From the NCBI RefSeq assembly GCF_035594765.1, contig NC_085847.1, positions 8,246,001 to 8,310,000 of the forward strand: a DNA stretch of 64,000 nucleotides, given 5' to 3'. This stretch comes from Anolis carolinensis (Eukaryota). The position numbers and the translations under genes are program-made. The notes below the pieces were generated by a model. That model was not told the origin of the DNA. It made no database searches and saw only the letters and a list, made by a program, of their open reading frames with translations. Below, piece after piece: positions 63,755-64,000 of this stretch (position 1 is the stretch's first letter; each line of letters opens with the position of its first letter).

Positions 63755-64000
63755 GAGCTGACGAATGGGTGGTGGGGGAACTTGGAGGGGAGGTGACCCT
63801 GACATGCCAGAACGCATCGTGGCAAGCGGTCCAGGTGGACTGGTTTGAGGGGGAACCAGGCACCATCCCCATCCTCTTGTCCTCAGAAGGCAAGTTCCCT
63901 TCCGACACTCGCTTCTCTTTACTGGAAAATGGCTCCTTGCACATCTCAGGATTGCGCCTGGAGGATGAAGGCAACTATACCTGCAAGGAAACGTTGAACA
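63755..64000 (+). CDS. VSIG10: VSIG10 coding exon 2 (first Ig-like domain), truncated by the window end
   Basis: Acceptor tttcccctctgcag|; ADEWVVGELGGEVTLTCQNASWQAVQVDWFEGEPGTIPILLSSEGKFPSDTRFSLLENGSLHISGLRLEDEGNYTCKETLN, with Ig C..W..DxGxYxC, resembling human VSIG10 (VIGEVHENVTLHC...RFSL..SLHI..L..GDEGIYTCQEILN). Not in the supplied ORF track. Confidence 0.9.

Larger units (their letters stand above)
56914..64000 (+). other. VSIG10: VSIG10 gene, 5' part (continues beyond the window)
   Basis: Signal-peptide exon followed by an Ig-domain exon in phase 1; head-to-head with PEBP1 as in human 12q24.23. Confidence 0.88.

Overview
Vertebrate genomic DNA, almost certainly a squamate and most likely Anolis (inferred from Sauria SINEs and an Anolis-type mix of Penelope, R4/Dong, CR1, L1, RTE, Helitron, hAT and Tc1/mariner repeats). 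There are two assembly gaps. I reconstructed three spliced genes by hand with canonical GT-AG junctions. CHCHD10 is on the minus strand (4 coding exons, 43851-34425, 143 aa). PEBP1/RKIP is on the minus strand (4 coding exons, 53629-46894, 187 aa). The 5' part of VSIG10 is on the plus strand (signal-peptide exon at 56914; first Ig-domain exon from 63755, running off the window). The first ~33 kb has no recognisable exon and consists of transposon relics, microsatellites and TE-poor islands. Most notable observations: (1) an intact minimal hammerhead-ribozyme motif in a Penelope-like element just upstream of the CHCHD10 promoter, while both copies in VSIG10 intron 1 have broken cores; (2) CHCHD10 sits directly next to PEBP1, which is not the human gene order; (3) PEBP1 has Tyr at the PKC switch position Ser153; (4) R4/Dong 3' ends are stacked in (TAA)n arrays; (5) a ~340-bp inverted duplication brackets 6 kb. 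I found nothing I can claim is a wholly new biological system. All calls were made by eye, with no database searches.
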